From Chloroflexota bacterium (lineage in GTDB: Bacteria > Chloroflexota > UBA6077 > JACCZL01), in contig JAXLXE010000002.1 of assembly GCA_046328115.1 (NCBI GenBank), positions 59,578 through 123,577 on the forward strand: a DNA stretch of 64,000 nt, written 5' to 3'. A model generated the notes under the pieces. The model was given only the letters and a program-made list of their open reading frames with translations. It did not search any database and was not told the origin of the DNA. Positions 9,588 through 19,514 of this stretch are shown here, piece after piece (position 1 is the stretch's first letter; the number at the start of each line of letters is the position of its first letter). The position numbers were made by a program, and so were the translations under genes.

Positions 9588-10702
9588 GTCGGAACCTCAA
9601 CAGAGCTCGCGGGTCCCACCATCCGATGGGCAGGCTCCGGAGCCGGCGTCCGACCGGCGAGCCTGGCAGCGGCAGACCTGAGCATGCCGACGAGACCGCC
9701 GGGCACCAGGATCACGGCGATCACGAACAATGCCCCAAAGAAATACTGCCAGATGTCTGGAAACGACTCGCTCAGCCCGCTCTTGGCCGAGTTGACCAGT
9801 AACGCGCCGAGCACCGGACCGATGAGCGTGCCGCGACCGCCGACGGCGACCCACACCACCATCTCGATCGACGGCACGATACCCATGTTGGCGGGTGAGA
9901 TGATGCCCACCTGCGCCACGAACAGAGCCCCCGCGATCCCCGAAAGCACGGCCGATGTCACGAATGCCCCGAGCTTGATCACAGCCGGATCGTACCCAAA
10001 GAACCGCAGCCGATCCTCCTGATCACGCACCGCCAGCAGCACTCGGCCGGCGCGGGAGCAGGTGAACCAGCGCAACACCCCATAGGCGATTCCGAGGAAC
10101 GTCACGGTCAGGGCGAACAGGGTGTAGCGCATGCCAGGGTCCTGCAAAGGAAAGCCAAACAGCGTGCTGAAGTTGGTCATACCGTTTGTGCCGCCCGTGT
10201 ACGGCTGCTGCCCAACGAACACTAGCGAGAAGATGAGCGCCAACGCCTGCGTGATGATCGAGAAGTAGACCCCCTGGATCCGCCCACGGAACACCAGGAT
10301 GCCCACGCCGAACGCGACAAGCGCCGGCATCAGCACCACCATGACCAGGCTGAACGCGGCATTGCCGAAGGGCACCCAGAACCAGGGCAGCTCGCGCAGC
10401 CCGCTCCAACCCATGAAGTCCGGCAGGCCGTCCAGCGCCGACTCCAGCTTCATGTGCATCGCCAGCGCATAAGCGCCAAGCGCAAAGAACACGCCGTGGC
10501 CCAGACTCAGCATGCCCGCGTAGCCCCAGATCAGATCTATAGACACCGCGACGATGGCAAACGTCAGGAACTTGGCCAGGAGATTGAGCCGAAAGTCGGA
10601 CAACGCCATGGGCGCCACGCCCATCAGCAACAGGCAAATCACGATGACGACCGCGGCCTCGCCGGCCCCGGAGCCGAGCCAGGGATAGCGACGATAGATC
10701 AC
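9584..10702 (-). CDS. urtC: Urea ABC transporter permease UrtC
   Basis: 372 aa polytopic LivM-like permease at the urtC position. Confidence 0.85.
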   Translation of the reverse strand: MIYRRYPWLGSGAGEAAVVIVICLLLMGVAPMALSDFRLNLLAKFLTFAIVAVSIDLIWGYAGMLSLGHGVFFALGAYALAMHMKLESALDGLPDFMGWSGLRELPWFWVPFGNAAFSLVMVVLMPALVAFGVGILVFRGRIQGVYFSIITQALALIFSLVFVGQQPYTGGTNGMTNFSTLFGFPLQDPGMRYTLFALTVTFLGIAYGVLRWFTCSRAGRVLLAVRDQEDRLRFFGYDPAVIKLGAFVTSAVLSGIAGALFVAQVGIISPANMGIVPSIEMVVWVAVGGRGTLIGPVLGALLVNSAKSGLSESFPDIWQYFFGALFVIAVILVPGGLVGMLRSAAARLAGRTPAPEPAHRMVGPASSVEVPT

Positions 10703-10765
10703 GCACGCCTCCTTCGCCGCGTCGACAACCGCTGCTCCAGCAACACTTTCAACGGCAACTCCCCC

Positions 10766-11659
10766 TCACCGCACGCGAAGAGCGATCAGCCCGGCGGGCT
10801 TCCACCGGAGAAACAGGATGACCAGCAAGAATGCCAGCGCCTTCCCAACGGTGGCGGTGCTAACAAACTCAAAGGTGGTGTTGATCATGCCGATCAACAG
10901 CGCTGCCGCGATGGAGCCTGGAAGCTGCCCCACTCCACCCAGGACAACCACCATGAAGGCGTCCACGATGTAGTAGGTTCCGAGCGCTGGACCAATCGGC
11001 CCTAGCAGCGAGAGGGCACAGCCGGCCACTCCCGCCAGCCCGGCGCCCATCCCAAAAGTGCTCAAGTCCACCCGGTCAGTCACAACGCCCAGGCACGACG
11101 CGATATCGCGGTTCTGCATTACGGCGCGCATCCGTCTACCCGCCGTCGAACGATTGAGGTACAGATAGATCGCCGCCACGGCGAGCATTACGAGCGCGAT
11201 GATGAAGAGGCGCTTGAACGGGAGCACCACTCCCAGCAGGTTCAGCCCGCCGTTCAACCAGGGCGGGCTGACCACCTGCACGTTGGGCGCCCCGAAAATG
11301 CTGCGCGCAAGCTGCTGGAGCATGAGCCCCACGCCCCACGTGGCCAACAGCGTATCGAGCGGCCGGCCATACAGGTACTTCACGAGCGAGCGCTCCAGCA
11401 CCGCGCCGAGCGCCGCCGCGACTACGAACGCCACAGGTAGGGCAGCCAGAAAGGTGAGCCCATAGGGGTCTGCCGCCGGCCCACCGATGGCCTGCTGAAG
11501 CACGTACGGCACGTACGCGCCGATCATGATGAACTCGCCGTGTGCCATGTTGATGACACCCATCAGGCCAAACGTGAAAGCAAGGCCCAGCGCCACCAGC
11601 AGCAGGATCGAAGAAACGCTCAGGCCATTGAAGACCTGGAGCGCATAGACTTCCAACAT
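10766..11659 (-). CDS. urtB: Urea ABC transporter permease UrtB
   Basis: 297 aa LivH-like permease ([13 protein letters not shown]) at the urtB position. Confidence 0.85.
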   Translation of the reverse strand: MLEVYALQVFNGLSVSSILLLVALGLAFTFGLMGVINMAHGEFIMIGAYVPYVLQQAIGGPAADPYGLTFLAALPVAFVVAAALGAVLERSLVKYLYGRPLDTLLATWGVGLMLQQLARSIFGAPNVQVVSPPWLNGGLNLLGVVLPFKRLFIIALVMLAVAAIYLYLNRSTAGRRMRAVMQNRDIASCLGVVTDRVDLSTFGMGAGLAGVAGCALSLLGPIGPALGTYYIVDAFMVVVLGGVGQLPGSIAAALLIGMINTTFEFVSTATVGKALAFLLVILFLRWKPAGLIALRVR

Positions 11660-11722
11660 ACGTCAGTTCCCAGTTGAGCGACGCTGGTGGCGGGCATTGG
11701 ATGCCCGCCACCAGCGCGTCTC

Positions 11723-13090
11723 CTAGCGGCCCTTCTTCAGGTCCTTGGCCCAGTCGTAGGTGTCCAGGTACGGATCTGGCTCGACCGGTTTGCCGGAATT
11801 CCACACCTCGTCGAACTGGCCATCCGCGCGCACTTTGCCGATGCGGACGGTCTTCCAGACGTGCTGGTTCTTCTCGTGGACCTTGACCGGGCCGCCCGGA
11901 GCCGCGAACTCCAGGTTCTTAGCGGCGTCGCGGACCGCGTCCACCTCGACCGACTTGGCCTTCTCCGCGGCTTTGGACCACAGGTACACGCCAAAGTAGC
12001 CGGCCTCGATAGGATCGTCCGTGACGCGGTTCTTTCCGAACTTGGCCTGGTACGCATCCACAAACTTCTTGTTGGCGGGGGTGTCGGTAGTCTGGAAGTA
12101 GTTCCAGGCGGTGAGGTGACCCAGCATGTTGTCCGCGCCGATGCCGCGGACCTCTTCCTCTGCCACGCTGACGGACAGCGTCTGCATCTTGTCCGCCGTG
12201 ATCCCGGCATCTTTGAGCTGCTTGAAGAAGGCCACGTTGCTGTCGCCATTCAGCGTATTGAACACAACAGCGGGTCCAGCCGCTTTGATCTTGGACACCA
12301 CCGTGGAGTAGTCGGTGTGACCCAGCGGCGTGTACTCCTCGCCCGCGAGCTCGCCGCCCTTGGCCTTGAGCTGGGCCTTGATGATGTCGTTCGCGGTGCG
12401 TGGGAAGACGTAGTCGGAGCCCAGCAGGTACATCTTCTTCATGTTGTTCTGAATCAGGTAGTCCACCGCGGGGACGATCTGCTGGTTCGTGGTGGCACCC
12501 GTGTAGAAGATGTTCGGAGACATCTCCAGACCTTCGTACTGGACGGGGTAGAACAGCAGACCCTTCTGCTGCTCGAATACCGGCAGGACCGCCTTGCGGC
12601 TAGCAGAGGTCCAGCAGCCGAACACCACGGCGACCTTGTCGCTGGTGATCAGCTTGCGCGACTTCTCAGCGAAGGTCGGCCAGTCAGACGCGCCGTCCTC
12701 TACGATGGGCTGGAGCTTCTTGCCCATGACGCCGCCGGCCGCGTTGACCTCATCGATCGCCAGCAGCGTTGCATCGCGCACGGACGTCTCGCTGATTGCC
12801 ATAGTGCCGCTGAGCGAGTGCAGCACGCCCACCTTGATGGTGTCTCCGGTCGGCGCGGCAGGCGCTGCCGGCTTCGCCGCCTCAGCGGGCTTCGCCGCCT
12901 CAGCGGGCTTCGCAGCCTCAGCAGGCTTGGCTGCCTGCGCCGGCTTCGACTCGGCAGGCTTTGTCTCGGCAGGCTTGGAGTCGGCCGGCTTCGCCGGTGC
13001 CGCGGCCGGCGAGCAGCCGACCAGGGCCAGACCCATGAGGCTGGTGATCTCCACCAGCGCGCGACGACGAGATCGAACTGAACTGAGCAC
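11723..13090 (-). CDS. urtA: Urea-binding lipoprotein UrtA
   Basis: Lipobox LALVGC, then a PAEAAK-type linker. UrtA hallmark [15 protein letters not shown] and [11 protein letters not shown] start after GGGGAGG. Confidence 0.9.
   Translation of the reverse strand: MLSSVRSRRRALVEITSLMGLALVGCSPAAAPAKPADSKPAETKPAESKPAQAAKPAEAAKPAEAAKPAEAAKPAAPAAPTGDTIKVGVLHSLSGTMAISETSVRDATLLAIDEVNAAGGVMGKKLQPIVEDGASDWPTFAEKSRKLITSDKVAVVFGCWTSASRKAVLPVFEQQKGLLFYPVQYEGLEMSPNIFYTGATTNQQIVPAVDYLIQNNMKKMYLLGSDYVFPRTANDIIKAQLKAKGGELAGEEYTPLGHTDYSTVVSKIKAAGPAVVFNTLNGDSNVAFFKQLKDAGITADKMQTLSVSVAEEEVRGIGADNMLGHLTAWNYFQTTDTPANKKFVDAYQAKFGKNRVTDDPIEAGYFGVYLWSKAAEKAKSVEVDAVRDAAKNLEFAAPGGPVKVHEKNQHVWKTVRIGKVRADGQFDEVWNSGKPVEPDPYLDTYDWAKDLKKGR
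12868..12995 (-). repeat. In-frame tandem 15-nt repeats encoding the (K-P-A-E-A/S/T)n linker of UrtA
   Basis: Plus strand shows ggcttcgccgcctcagcg repeated with decay. The protein reads [44 protein letters not shown]. Confidence 0.8.
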
Positions 13091-13360
13091 GGGGCCTCCC
13101 CAGATGCTTGAGCTCGCACTTCCGCGCGTCGTCGCCGTCAGCCCTCCGCCAGCGAAGGCTGCTGAAAATGCTCGCTTCCTGGATGTGGCTCACGATACCG
13201 AAGCCCCTGGGAGGAAGCCTCGTGGAAGAATCACCAAATCCAACTACGGCGTCTGGGCATTTTGCACAGACGCGCCTTTGTCATCGTGGGATGTGCACGA
13301 AACTCAGCAAGCCAGTTCGTACGATTGCGCCGATCGGCCGCTCCGGGCGGCTTCCGCGGT

Positions 13361-14197
13361 TCAGCACAACCGGGCCGCGCCCTCGGCACCCCGACCAAAC
13401 AGGACCTGTCTGGTCGACCACAGCAACCCCCACTGGAGTCCTCGCAGCTCATCGCTCGATGAACAGAGCGCGCGCACCACGAGACCACAGGACGACGGCA
13501 GGACAGACACTCCCGCAGTCCCCTGCCATTCATCGAGAACGCTCAAAATCGCCTGCTGCAAACCACCCAGGCAACGCTCGCCGAGGAAGAAGAAGCTGCC
13601 GCACGCCCGTGCCGAACTGAGGATTCCGGCCGAGTCCACCCCCGACGGCGAACCGCGAAAACGCGCTCGATCGATGAACTCCAGCGTACCGTCGGGCCTC
13701 GTCAGAGATGTCTCAAAGCGCAACTGGTCGTACTGGTGTACCTCTCCCCGCGCCACGCGCCCAGCCAGCCACGTATCGGCGATCAGCACCGTCGCGGAAG
13801 GGGGTGCCGTCACGTGCACCGACTGTGCCAACCGGGTGCCGGCGTAGGGGATCAGCGTGTCCGGCCACCACTCCAGCAGGCTTTCGGGCCCGGCCACGAG
13901 CCGCACCTGCTGCTCGATCTCCCGCTCGTCCACACATCGGTACGCTCGCGCGGCTGACTGGGACGTGACGTGGGCCGCGGCGCCCGTTGCCACCTCAAGC
14001 TCAATCAACACTCGATCGCCCTGCACGAAACCGCCGGTTGGCGTGGTCACCGTGAGGTGAGCCAGCAACGGCCAATCCGGCTGTGAATACAGCGCGCGAC
14101 CCAGGTGAAGGGGCAGGCGCTGGTCAGCGTGGATGACTCTGGTACGACCGGTGCGTACGCCCAGGCGCGCCCGCGCCCAGCCATGCATTCCTGACAA
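13361..14197 (-). CDS. ureD: Urease accessory protein UreD (UreH)
   Basis: 278 aa, last gene of the urease cluster, with a UreD-like TPTGGFVQGD core. Confidence 0.8.
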   Translation of the reverse strand: MSGMHGWARARLGVRTGRTRVIHADQRLPLHLGRALYSQPDWPLLAHLTVTTPTGGFVQGDRVLIELEVATGAAAHVTSQSAARAYRCVDEREIEQQVRLVAGPESLLEWWPDTLIPYAGTRLAQSVHVTAPPSATVLIADTWLAGRVARGEVHQYDQLRFETSLTRPDGTLEFIDRARFRGSPSGVDSAGILSSARACGSFFFLGERCLGGLQQAILSVLDEWQGTAGVSVLPSSCGLVVRALCSSSDELRGLQWGLLWSTRQVLFGRGAEGAARLC

Positions 14198-14256
14198 ACT
14201 CGGTGCCGGCTGGGGACCGCCGCGGTCCGTGGAAGGTTGCTCCGCCGCGATGACGA

Positions 14257-14937
14257 TCAGACGCGTACCAACGGCAAGAAATGACTCAGCACCACGTCCA
14301 GCCCCTCGCCGGTCTTACAGTTGGTGAACACGTGCGGCCGCTCGTGGCGCACGGCGCGGGAGTCACGATCCATAACGTCCAGGCTGGCGCCCACATAGGG
14401 AGCCAGATCCTGCTTGTTGATGACCAGGAGATCGGCGCGCGTGAGCCCCAGCCCGCGCTTTCGCGGGATCTTGTCCCCGCCCGCCACATCGATCACGTAC
14501 ACCTCGAAGTCCACCAGGCGTCGGCTGAACGTGAGCGTGAGGTTGTCTCCGCCGCTCTCGATGAAGATGACCTGAGCCGTGGGAAACGCGGACACCAGCT
14601 CGTCCACCGCCGCCAGGTTCATGGTCGGATCATCGCGGACAGCCGTGTGCGGGCACGCGCCGGTCTCCACGCCGACGATCCGCTCCGGCGCCAGAATGCC
14701 ATCCAGGGTCCGACGGACGTGCTCCGCATCCTCCCGAGTGACGATATCGTTAGTGATTACCAGCGTCTCGATCCCGCGGTCGAGCAACTTGGGCACGAGC
14801 CCCTCGATGAGCGCAGTCTTGCCCGTGCCCACTGGTCCGCCGATCCCCACGCGGAGAGGCCCCGAGCCTACGTGGCGAACAACCGGCTCGTCATCGTCTC
14901 GTGCTTCATGGACATGATCTCCGTGTGATATGCGCAC
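14257..14937 (-). CDS. ureG: Urease accessory GTPase UreG
   Basis: P-loop [26 protein letters not shown] start at 14937 gives the N-terminus [10 protein letters not shown]. Confidence 0.9.
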   Translation of the reverse strand: MRISHGDHVHEARDDDEPVVRHVGSGPLRVGIGGPVGTGKTALIEGLVPKLLDRGIETLVITNDIVTREDAEHVRRTLDGILAPERIVGVETGACPHTAVRDDPTMNLAAVDELVSAFPTAQVIFIESGGDNLTLTFSRRLVDFEVYVIDVAGGDKIPRKRGLGLTRADLLVINKQDLAPYVGASLDVMDRDSRAVRHERPHVFTNCKTGEGLDVVLSHFLPLVRV

Positions 14938-15605
14938 GCGTACATCTCCTTCCAGGGGGTGTCCATTGCCACGGTCATCGCTTCCTCGATGCGCGGCGAG
15001 ATGGCCCGCCGCACAACCTGGGCGTCGATCGGATCCAGCACCGTGAGTCGCACCGCGGCGCCCAGCACCTCCGCCACCACCTGGTGAAAGAACACGGCGA
15101 GTGCATGATCGAGGGGCACGCCGAGCGCCGCGCAGCCCGCCCCAAGCACCACGGCATAGTTCCCCGGGATAGTGCCCTTCTGTACCGCGTGGCGGAGGAG
15201 CGCAAGCCCGTCGGGATCTGAGCCCCCGGCTACTTCGGCCAGCGTGGCGGCGAGGCGGCGGCCGAGACGAAGGCTCTGCTCTCGCGGTTCACGAGCGAGC
15301 CGCGCCGCGGTGAGGTAACGGTCAATATCTGCCACTGGGCCCAGGTCCGGCCACAGTTGCCACGCGCCGGCCAGCGCCGAGCCCTCGCTCGGTCCCATCT
15401 GCCACAGCAGCAGGTCGCCGATCCATTCGGCGATCGCCGCCCGCCCCGAGATCGCCCCGGTCTCAACCACTGCCTCCAACCCGTGGGACTGGACGAAGCC
15501 GCCGGTGGGGAAGGCGCTATCCGCTAGCTGCAGCGTGGCAAGCAGGTCCGCGGTACGCAAGCCGATCAGTCGCGCACGCGCGAGGCGGCCAACGCGGCAC
15601 GCCAA
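14868..15605 (-). CDS. ureF: Urease accessory protein UreF
   Basis: [14 protein letters not shown]-terminal motif and the canonical C-terminus [11 protein letters not shown]. The start is uncertain: TTG at 15605, or TTG at 15560 just after the upstream stop. Confidence 0.8.
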   Translation of the reverse strand: MACRVGRLARARLIGLRTADLLATLQLADSAFPTGGFVQSHGLEAVVETGAISGRAAIAEWIGDLLLWQMGPSEGSALAGAWQLWPDLGPVADIDRYLTAARLAREPREQSLRLGRRLAATLAEVAGGSDPDGLALLRHAVQKGTIPGNYAVVLGAGCAALGVPLDHALAVFFHQVVAEVLGAAVRLTVLDPIDAQVVRRAISPRIEEAMTVAMDTPWKEMYACAYHTEIMSMKHETMTSRLFAT

Positions 15606-15910
15606 TCACGCAGCCGACTGTCCATGTCAACGGCGCCCAACGGCGTGTAGGCCTGGTCCGCGGCCCAGGCGCGGACGAAATCGTCGTTCTCCACAACAAC
15701 AGCGGCGCCGATCTCGAGCGACTCCGCCACGACGCAGTCGTCCAGACTATGCTCGTCAAAGTCGGCGTTGAGATGCGTGGTTGGATCGACCTGGCCCCCG
15801 AGGGACGCGATGCGCCCCGCGACGATGGCGCCGTGACGGACGGCGAGGGGATCAACGAGCGAGCCGTCAGCGCGGACGTTCGCGGCCGACGTGATATGGC
15901 GCACGCGCAT
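15566..15910 (-). CDS. Hypothetical acidic 114 aa protein in the ureE position
   Basis: ATG 9 nt after the ureC stop, preceded by AGGAGAG. No His-rich tail and no UreE motif recognised. Confidence 0.5.
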   Translation of the reverse strand: MRVRHITSAANVRADGSLVDPLAVRHGAIVAGRIASLGGQVDPTTHLNADFDEHSLDDCVVAESLEIGAAVVVENDDFVRAWAADQAYTPLGAVDMDSRLRDWRAALAASRVRD

Positions 15911-15919
15911 CCGTCTCTC

Positions 15920-17635
15920 CTACATCAAAAAGAACAACTGCGTGTGGGAAAGGCGATCCGCCGGCCCAACCGTGGCCACCTTACCATCCACGCGGACGAC
16001 GTAGGTCTCCGGGTCCACCTCTATTTTGGGAAGGGCGTTGTTGCGGACCATGTCGCGCTTGCTGACGGATCGGCAACCCCGCACGCCAACCACCCGCTTG
16101 GCCAGGGCCAGGCGCTCACGCACGCCGTTCTCCGCGGCAGCGGAGGACACGAACGTCACGGAGGTCGCCGCGGGCGCTGACCCAAAGGCGCCCCACATAG
16201 GACGGTAGAGCACCGGCTCAGTGGTCGGGATGGACGCGTTGGGATCCCCCATCACGGCCCAGGCGATCATGCCACCTTTGATCACCATCTTGGGCTTGGC
16301 ACCGAAGAATCCAATCGGCCAGAGGACAATGTCAGCCAGCTTGCCCGGCTCCAGTGAGCCCACCTCGTGGGCGATCCCGTGCGCAAGGGCGGGGTTGATA
16401 GTCAGCTTTGCCAGATACCGGAGGATCCGGAAATTGTCATTCGCCGCGACGGTCTCCGGCAGCGGCTCCCCCATGCGCTTCATCTTGTCAGCCGTTTGGA
16501 ACAGCTTGGTGTAGCTCTCACCGATGCGGCCCATTGCCTGGGAGTCAGATGAGTACATGGAGAGCACGCCCAGATCGTGCAGCACATCCTCCGCAGCGAT
16601 GGTCTCCGCGCGGATTCGGCTCTCGGCGAAGGCCACGTCTTCCGGCACCGCCGGATTCAGGTGATGGCAGACCATCAGCATGTCAAAGTGCTCGTCCACC
16701 GTGTTGACCGTGTACGGGCGCGTGGGATTCGTGGACGAGGGCAGCGCGTTGGCCTCACCGGCAATCTTGATGATGTCCGGCGCGTGGCCGCCACCAGCCC
16801 CCTCGGTATGGTAGGTGTGAATGGTCCGGCCGGCGATGGCGGCTATCGTGTCTTCCACGAAGCCCGTCTCGTTGAGCGTGTCCGTGTGGATCGCAATCTG
16901 GACGTCGTACTCATCGCCAACCCGTAGCGAGCAGTCAATCGCGGCTAGCGTGGTGCCCCAGTCTTCGTGATCCTTCAGGCCGCACGCTCCCGCCAGCACC
17001 TGCTCTACCAGCGCATCCGGCCGACTCGCATTGCCCTTCCCGAGGATCCCCACATTCATCGGCAGGTTATCCACGGCCTGGAGCATCCGGCCGATGTTCC
17101 AGGGGCCGGGCGTGCAGGTGGTGGCATTCGTGCCATCCGCCGGCCCGGTACCGCCGCCGATCAGCGTGGTGATTCCGTTGGACAGCGCCTCGTACACCTG
17201 CTGCGGACAGATCATGTGGATGTGGCTGTCGATCCCTCCGGGTGTAGCGATCAGGTGTTCACCGGCGATGACCTCAGTGCCCGGTCCGATGACGAGCGAG
17301 GGATGGACGCCATCCTGAACGTCCGGATTCCCGGCCTTGCCGATCGCGACGATACGGCCGTCCTTCACCCCAAGGTCGCCCTTGACGATGCCCAGGACGG
17401 GATCCATCACGACCACGTTGGTGATCACCAGGTCCGGCGTGCCCTCGGCGCTGGTGCGTTGGGATTGAGCCATGCCATCCCGGATGGACTTGCCGCCGCC
17501 GAACACCGCCTCCTCACCCGGCACCGCGTAGTCACGCTCAACCTCGGCGATGAGCTGGGTGTCAGCCAGACGGAATCGATCGCCGACGGTGGGGCCGTAC
17601 AGCCTGGCGTACCGCTCCCGCGAGATCCTCGCCAT
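15920..17635 (-). CDS. ureC: Urease alpha subunit
   Basis: 571 aa with [24 protein letters not shown] and the rest of the typical UreC sequence. Confidence 0.97.
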   Translation of the reverse strand: MARISRERYARLYGPTVGDRFRLADTQLIAEVERDYAVPGEEAVFGGGKSIRDGMAQSQRTSAEGTPDLVITNVVVMDPVLGIVKGDLGVKDGRIVAIGKAGNPDVQDGVHPSLVIGPGTEVIAGEHLIATPGGIDSHIHMICPQQVYEALSNGITTLIGGGTGPADGTNATTCTPGPWNIGRMLQAVDNLPMNVGILGKGNASRPDALVEQVLAGACGLKDHEDWGTTLAAIDCSLRVGDEYDVQIAIHTDTLNETGFVEDTIAAIAGRTIHTYHTEGAGGGHAPDIIKIAGEANALPSSTNPTRPYTVNTVDEHFDMLMVCHHLNPAVPEDVAFAESRIRAETIAAEDVLHDLGVLSMYSSDSQAMGRIGESYTKLFQTADKMKRMGEPLPETVAANDNFRILRYLAKLTINPALAHGIAHEVGSLEPGKLADIVLWPIGFFGAKPKMVIKGGMIAWAVMGDPNASIPTTEPVLYRPMWGAFGSAPAATSVTFVSSAAAENGVRERLALAKRVVGVRGCRSVSKRDMVRNNALPKIEVDPETYVVRVDGKVATVGPADRLSHTQLFFLM

Positions 17636-17638
17636 AGG

Positions 17639-18028
17639 TCAAGCCCCCAGGAAGCCGCGGCGACTAGCCTCAGCCAGATGCGCTTCGATGTCGTCGAGCG
17701 GCCCGTTCACGAGTCCGGCGAAGCCGATGACGGTGCGCGTGCCGCCGATCTCTACCAGCGTGACCTCCCGCTCGTCGCCCGGCTCGAACCGGACCGCGGT
17801 GCCGGCGGGGATGTCCAGGCGCATGCCGTACGCGGCGCGTCGATCGAACCGCAACATGCGGTTTGACTCAAAGAAGTGAAAGTGTGAGCCAACCTGGACC
17901 GGTCGGTCACCCATGTTCGCCACCTGGACCGCGGCGCGGCGCCGTCCGGGGCTGAGCTCCAGCTCTCCAGCGGGCGTGATGTAGCCGCCCGGCTCAGCCA
18001 CGGCCAATCGCTCGTCGCGGCGGCTCAC
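17639..18028 (-). CDS. ureB: Urease beta subunit
   Basis: [11 protein letters not shown]...LRFDR motif. GTGA overlap with ureA. Confidence 0.9.
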   Translation of the reverse strand: MSRRDERLAVAEPGGYITPAGELELSPGRRRAAVQVANMGDRPVQVGSHFHFFESNRMLRFDRRAAYGMRLDIPAGTAVRFEPGDEREVTLVEIGGTRTVIGFAGLVNGPLDDIEAHLAEASRRGFLGA

Positions 18029-18327
18029 ACAATGGGGTCATGGCACGAGACCAGCTTGGTTCCGTCAGCAAACGTCGCCTCCACCTGGACGGTCTTGACC
18101 ATGTCCGGGACCTCAGGCATCACGTCATCGCGGGTGAGGACCTGCCGGCCAACAGACATGAGCTCAGACACGGACCGTCCATCGCGCGCGCCCTCAAGGA
18201 TCGCTTCGGTAATGAGTGCGATCGCCTCGCTGTAGTTGAGCTTGAGCCCGCGGGCTCGGCGGCGCCGCGCGAGATCTGCCACCACGTAGATGTGGAGTTT
18301 CTCGACCTCGCGCGGTGTGAGCATCAT
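18025..18327 (-). CDS. ureA: Urease gamma subunit
   Basis: 100 aa: [39 protein letters not shown]... Confidence 0.95.
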   Translation of the reverse strand: MMLTPREVEKLHIYVVADLARRRRARGLKLNYSEAIALITEAILEGARDGRSVSELMSVGRQVLTRDDVMPEVPDMVKTVQVEATFADGTKLVSCHDPIV

Positions 18328-18470
18328 GTCCTGATCTCTCCCGATCTGATGAGTCGCGGCTCATCATAGCCACCCGCATCTGTGACGGCGTCAGTCAACG
18401 TTACCGAACGGCGGGTCCGGCGTTTGTGCGGATGTACCAAAGCCGATGCTCTCAACGGGGCCTCGGTGGC

Positions 18471-19202
18471 TCAGCGTAGCTGAAAGTACTTGAAGCTCTC
18501 CGCATACTTGATCCCCTGACCCTCACCCAGGCGCTCAGCCCGTTCGCGGATGACCTTCTCCAGGTCCCAGTCCACTGGGCGTACCGCGGAGCCCACCTGG
18601 CTCTCGTGCGCGCGAAGCGCGTGAAGCTTGTCGTTCAGCGTGGGGGAGATGTCCACCCACACGTCCGCGTTGGTCGTACCCATGAGGTACACCTCCAGCG
18701 CTTTGTGCGGCTCCAACCCCTCCTCGAGCAGCTCCGGGAACACGTGCCGATCGCGTGCCGAGGGAAACACAGCGTCCAGCGTAGCATCGCCGGCCGCTCG
18801 GTGATCCGGGTGGTTGAGATATCCCTGAGCCGTCCAGCGGGTCATGGGGTCCTGGCAGAGCACGATGTCCGGCCGGAACCTTCGGATTTGACGCACGATG
18901 TCGCGGCGAAGATCCAGCGTGCTCTCCAGCACACCATCCTCGTACCCCAGGAACTCCAGATCCCGCACGCCCAGACGGCTGCATGCTTCGCGCTGCTCGC
19001 GCTCTCGCACAGTCGCGAGCGCATCGGGCGTCACCGACGGGTCGGACGTGCCCTTGTCGCCTCGAGTACAGAGTACGTAGTTAATCTCCTTGCCCTGACG
19101 GGACCACAAGGCGATCGTCCCGGAAGCCATGAACTCCGCATCATCTGGATGCGCAACCACCACCAGCACGCTCCGTGCGTCTGGGCTCAGCACGTTCCCC
19201 AT
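18471..19202 (-). CDS. PIG-L/LmbE family N-acetylglucosaminyl deacetylase
   Basis: VVAHPDDAEF metal motif and HPDHRAAG. Confidence 0.8.
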   Translation of the reverse strand: MGNVLSPDARSVLVVVAHPDDAEFMASGTIALWSRQGKEINYVLCTRGDKGTSDPSVTPDALATVREREQREACSRLGVRDLEFLGYEDGVLESTLDLRRDIVRQIRRFRPDIVLCQDPMTRWTAQGYLNHPDHRAAGDATLDAVFPSARDRHVFPELLEEGLEPHKALEVYLMGTTNADVWVDISPTLNDKLHALRAHESQVGSAVRPVDWDLEKVIRERAERLGEGQGIKYAESFKYFQLR

Positions 19203-19266
19203 TCCGCTTGCCTACTCCCGCTCGTTTGACTGAGGGCTGACCATAACGAACGGCCCGAGTCGGTGG

Positions 19267-19320
19267 CAAAAACGGGCGATTAACACAGACGACCCGCCTT
19301 TCGGCGGGTCGTGTGCCCGT
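19267..19320 (-). terminator. Intrinsic-terminator-like structure with T5 tract
   Basis: Minus strand: ACGGGC-ac-[ACGACCCGCC-gaaa-GGCGGGTCGT]-ctgtgttaatc-GCCCGTTTTTG. This is one of the few T5 runs in the window. Confidence 0.5.
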
Positions 19321-19368
19321 ATCACACGGGTGGGGGCGTCCTAGAAGACTTGCCCCGGGGGCCTGGGC

Positions 19369-19413
19369 TTAGGAAGCAGAGCCTCCTAGGACGCCCCCTT
19401 GACTACTACTCAT
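19369..19413 (-). CDS. Candidate 14-codon micro-ORF (MSSSQGGVLGGSAS)
   Basis: GGAAGGAGGTG lies 9 nt upstream of the ATG. The ORF is embedded in the 13-bp inverted repeat. No conservation data available. Confidence 0.25.
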   Translation of the reverse strand: MSSSQGGVLGGSAS

Positions 19414-19440
19414 AGGGCATCACCTCCTTCCAATGCGCAC

Positions 19441-19468
19441 AGCATAGCACACTCGCCGAGAATTGCAA
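19441..19468 (-). promoter_or_regulatory. Candidate sigma-70-type promoter (TTGCAA-16 nt-TGcTATGCT)
   Basis: Minus strand: TTGCAAttctcggcgagtgTGcTATGCT, about 20 nt upstream of the strong SD. Confidence 0.35.
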
Positions 19469-19514
19469 GCCACCCATCTGCCCAATTCTGGGCGGAAGTC
19501 ACGGACTCAGGCGG

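Noticed and set aside
12868-12995. Possible CRISPR-like array from the short regular repeats (also the Ala/Thr tract at about 49680-49860)
   Set aside because: The repeats are contiguous 15-nt in-frame coding units without spacers, inside well-supported ORFs.
11687-13081. 464 aa plus-strand ORF covering the urtA locus
   Set aside because: It is the mirror frame of a confidently identified UrtA gene. The product is low-complexity and Arg/Leu/Gly/Val-rich with no domain features. Long antisense ORFs are expected in GC-rich DNA.
12594-13847. 417 aa plus-strand ORF spanning the urtA 5' end, the intergenic gap and ureD
   Set aside because: It crosses an intergenic region and two real minus-strand genes, and its composition is not protein-like.
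16967-17866. 299 aa plus-strand ORF inside ureC/ureB
   Set aside because: It is antisense to the unmistakable urease alpha subunit.
19421-19430. Plus-strand cacctcctt resembling the 3' end of 16S rRNA
   Set aside because: There is no rRNA context. It is simply the complement of a strong Shine-Dalgarno sequence on the minus strand.
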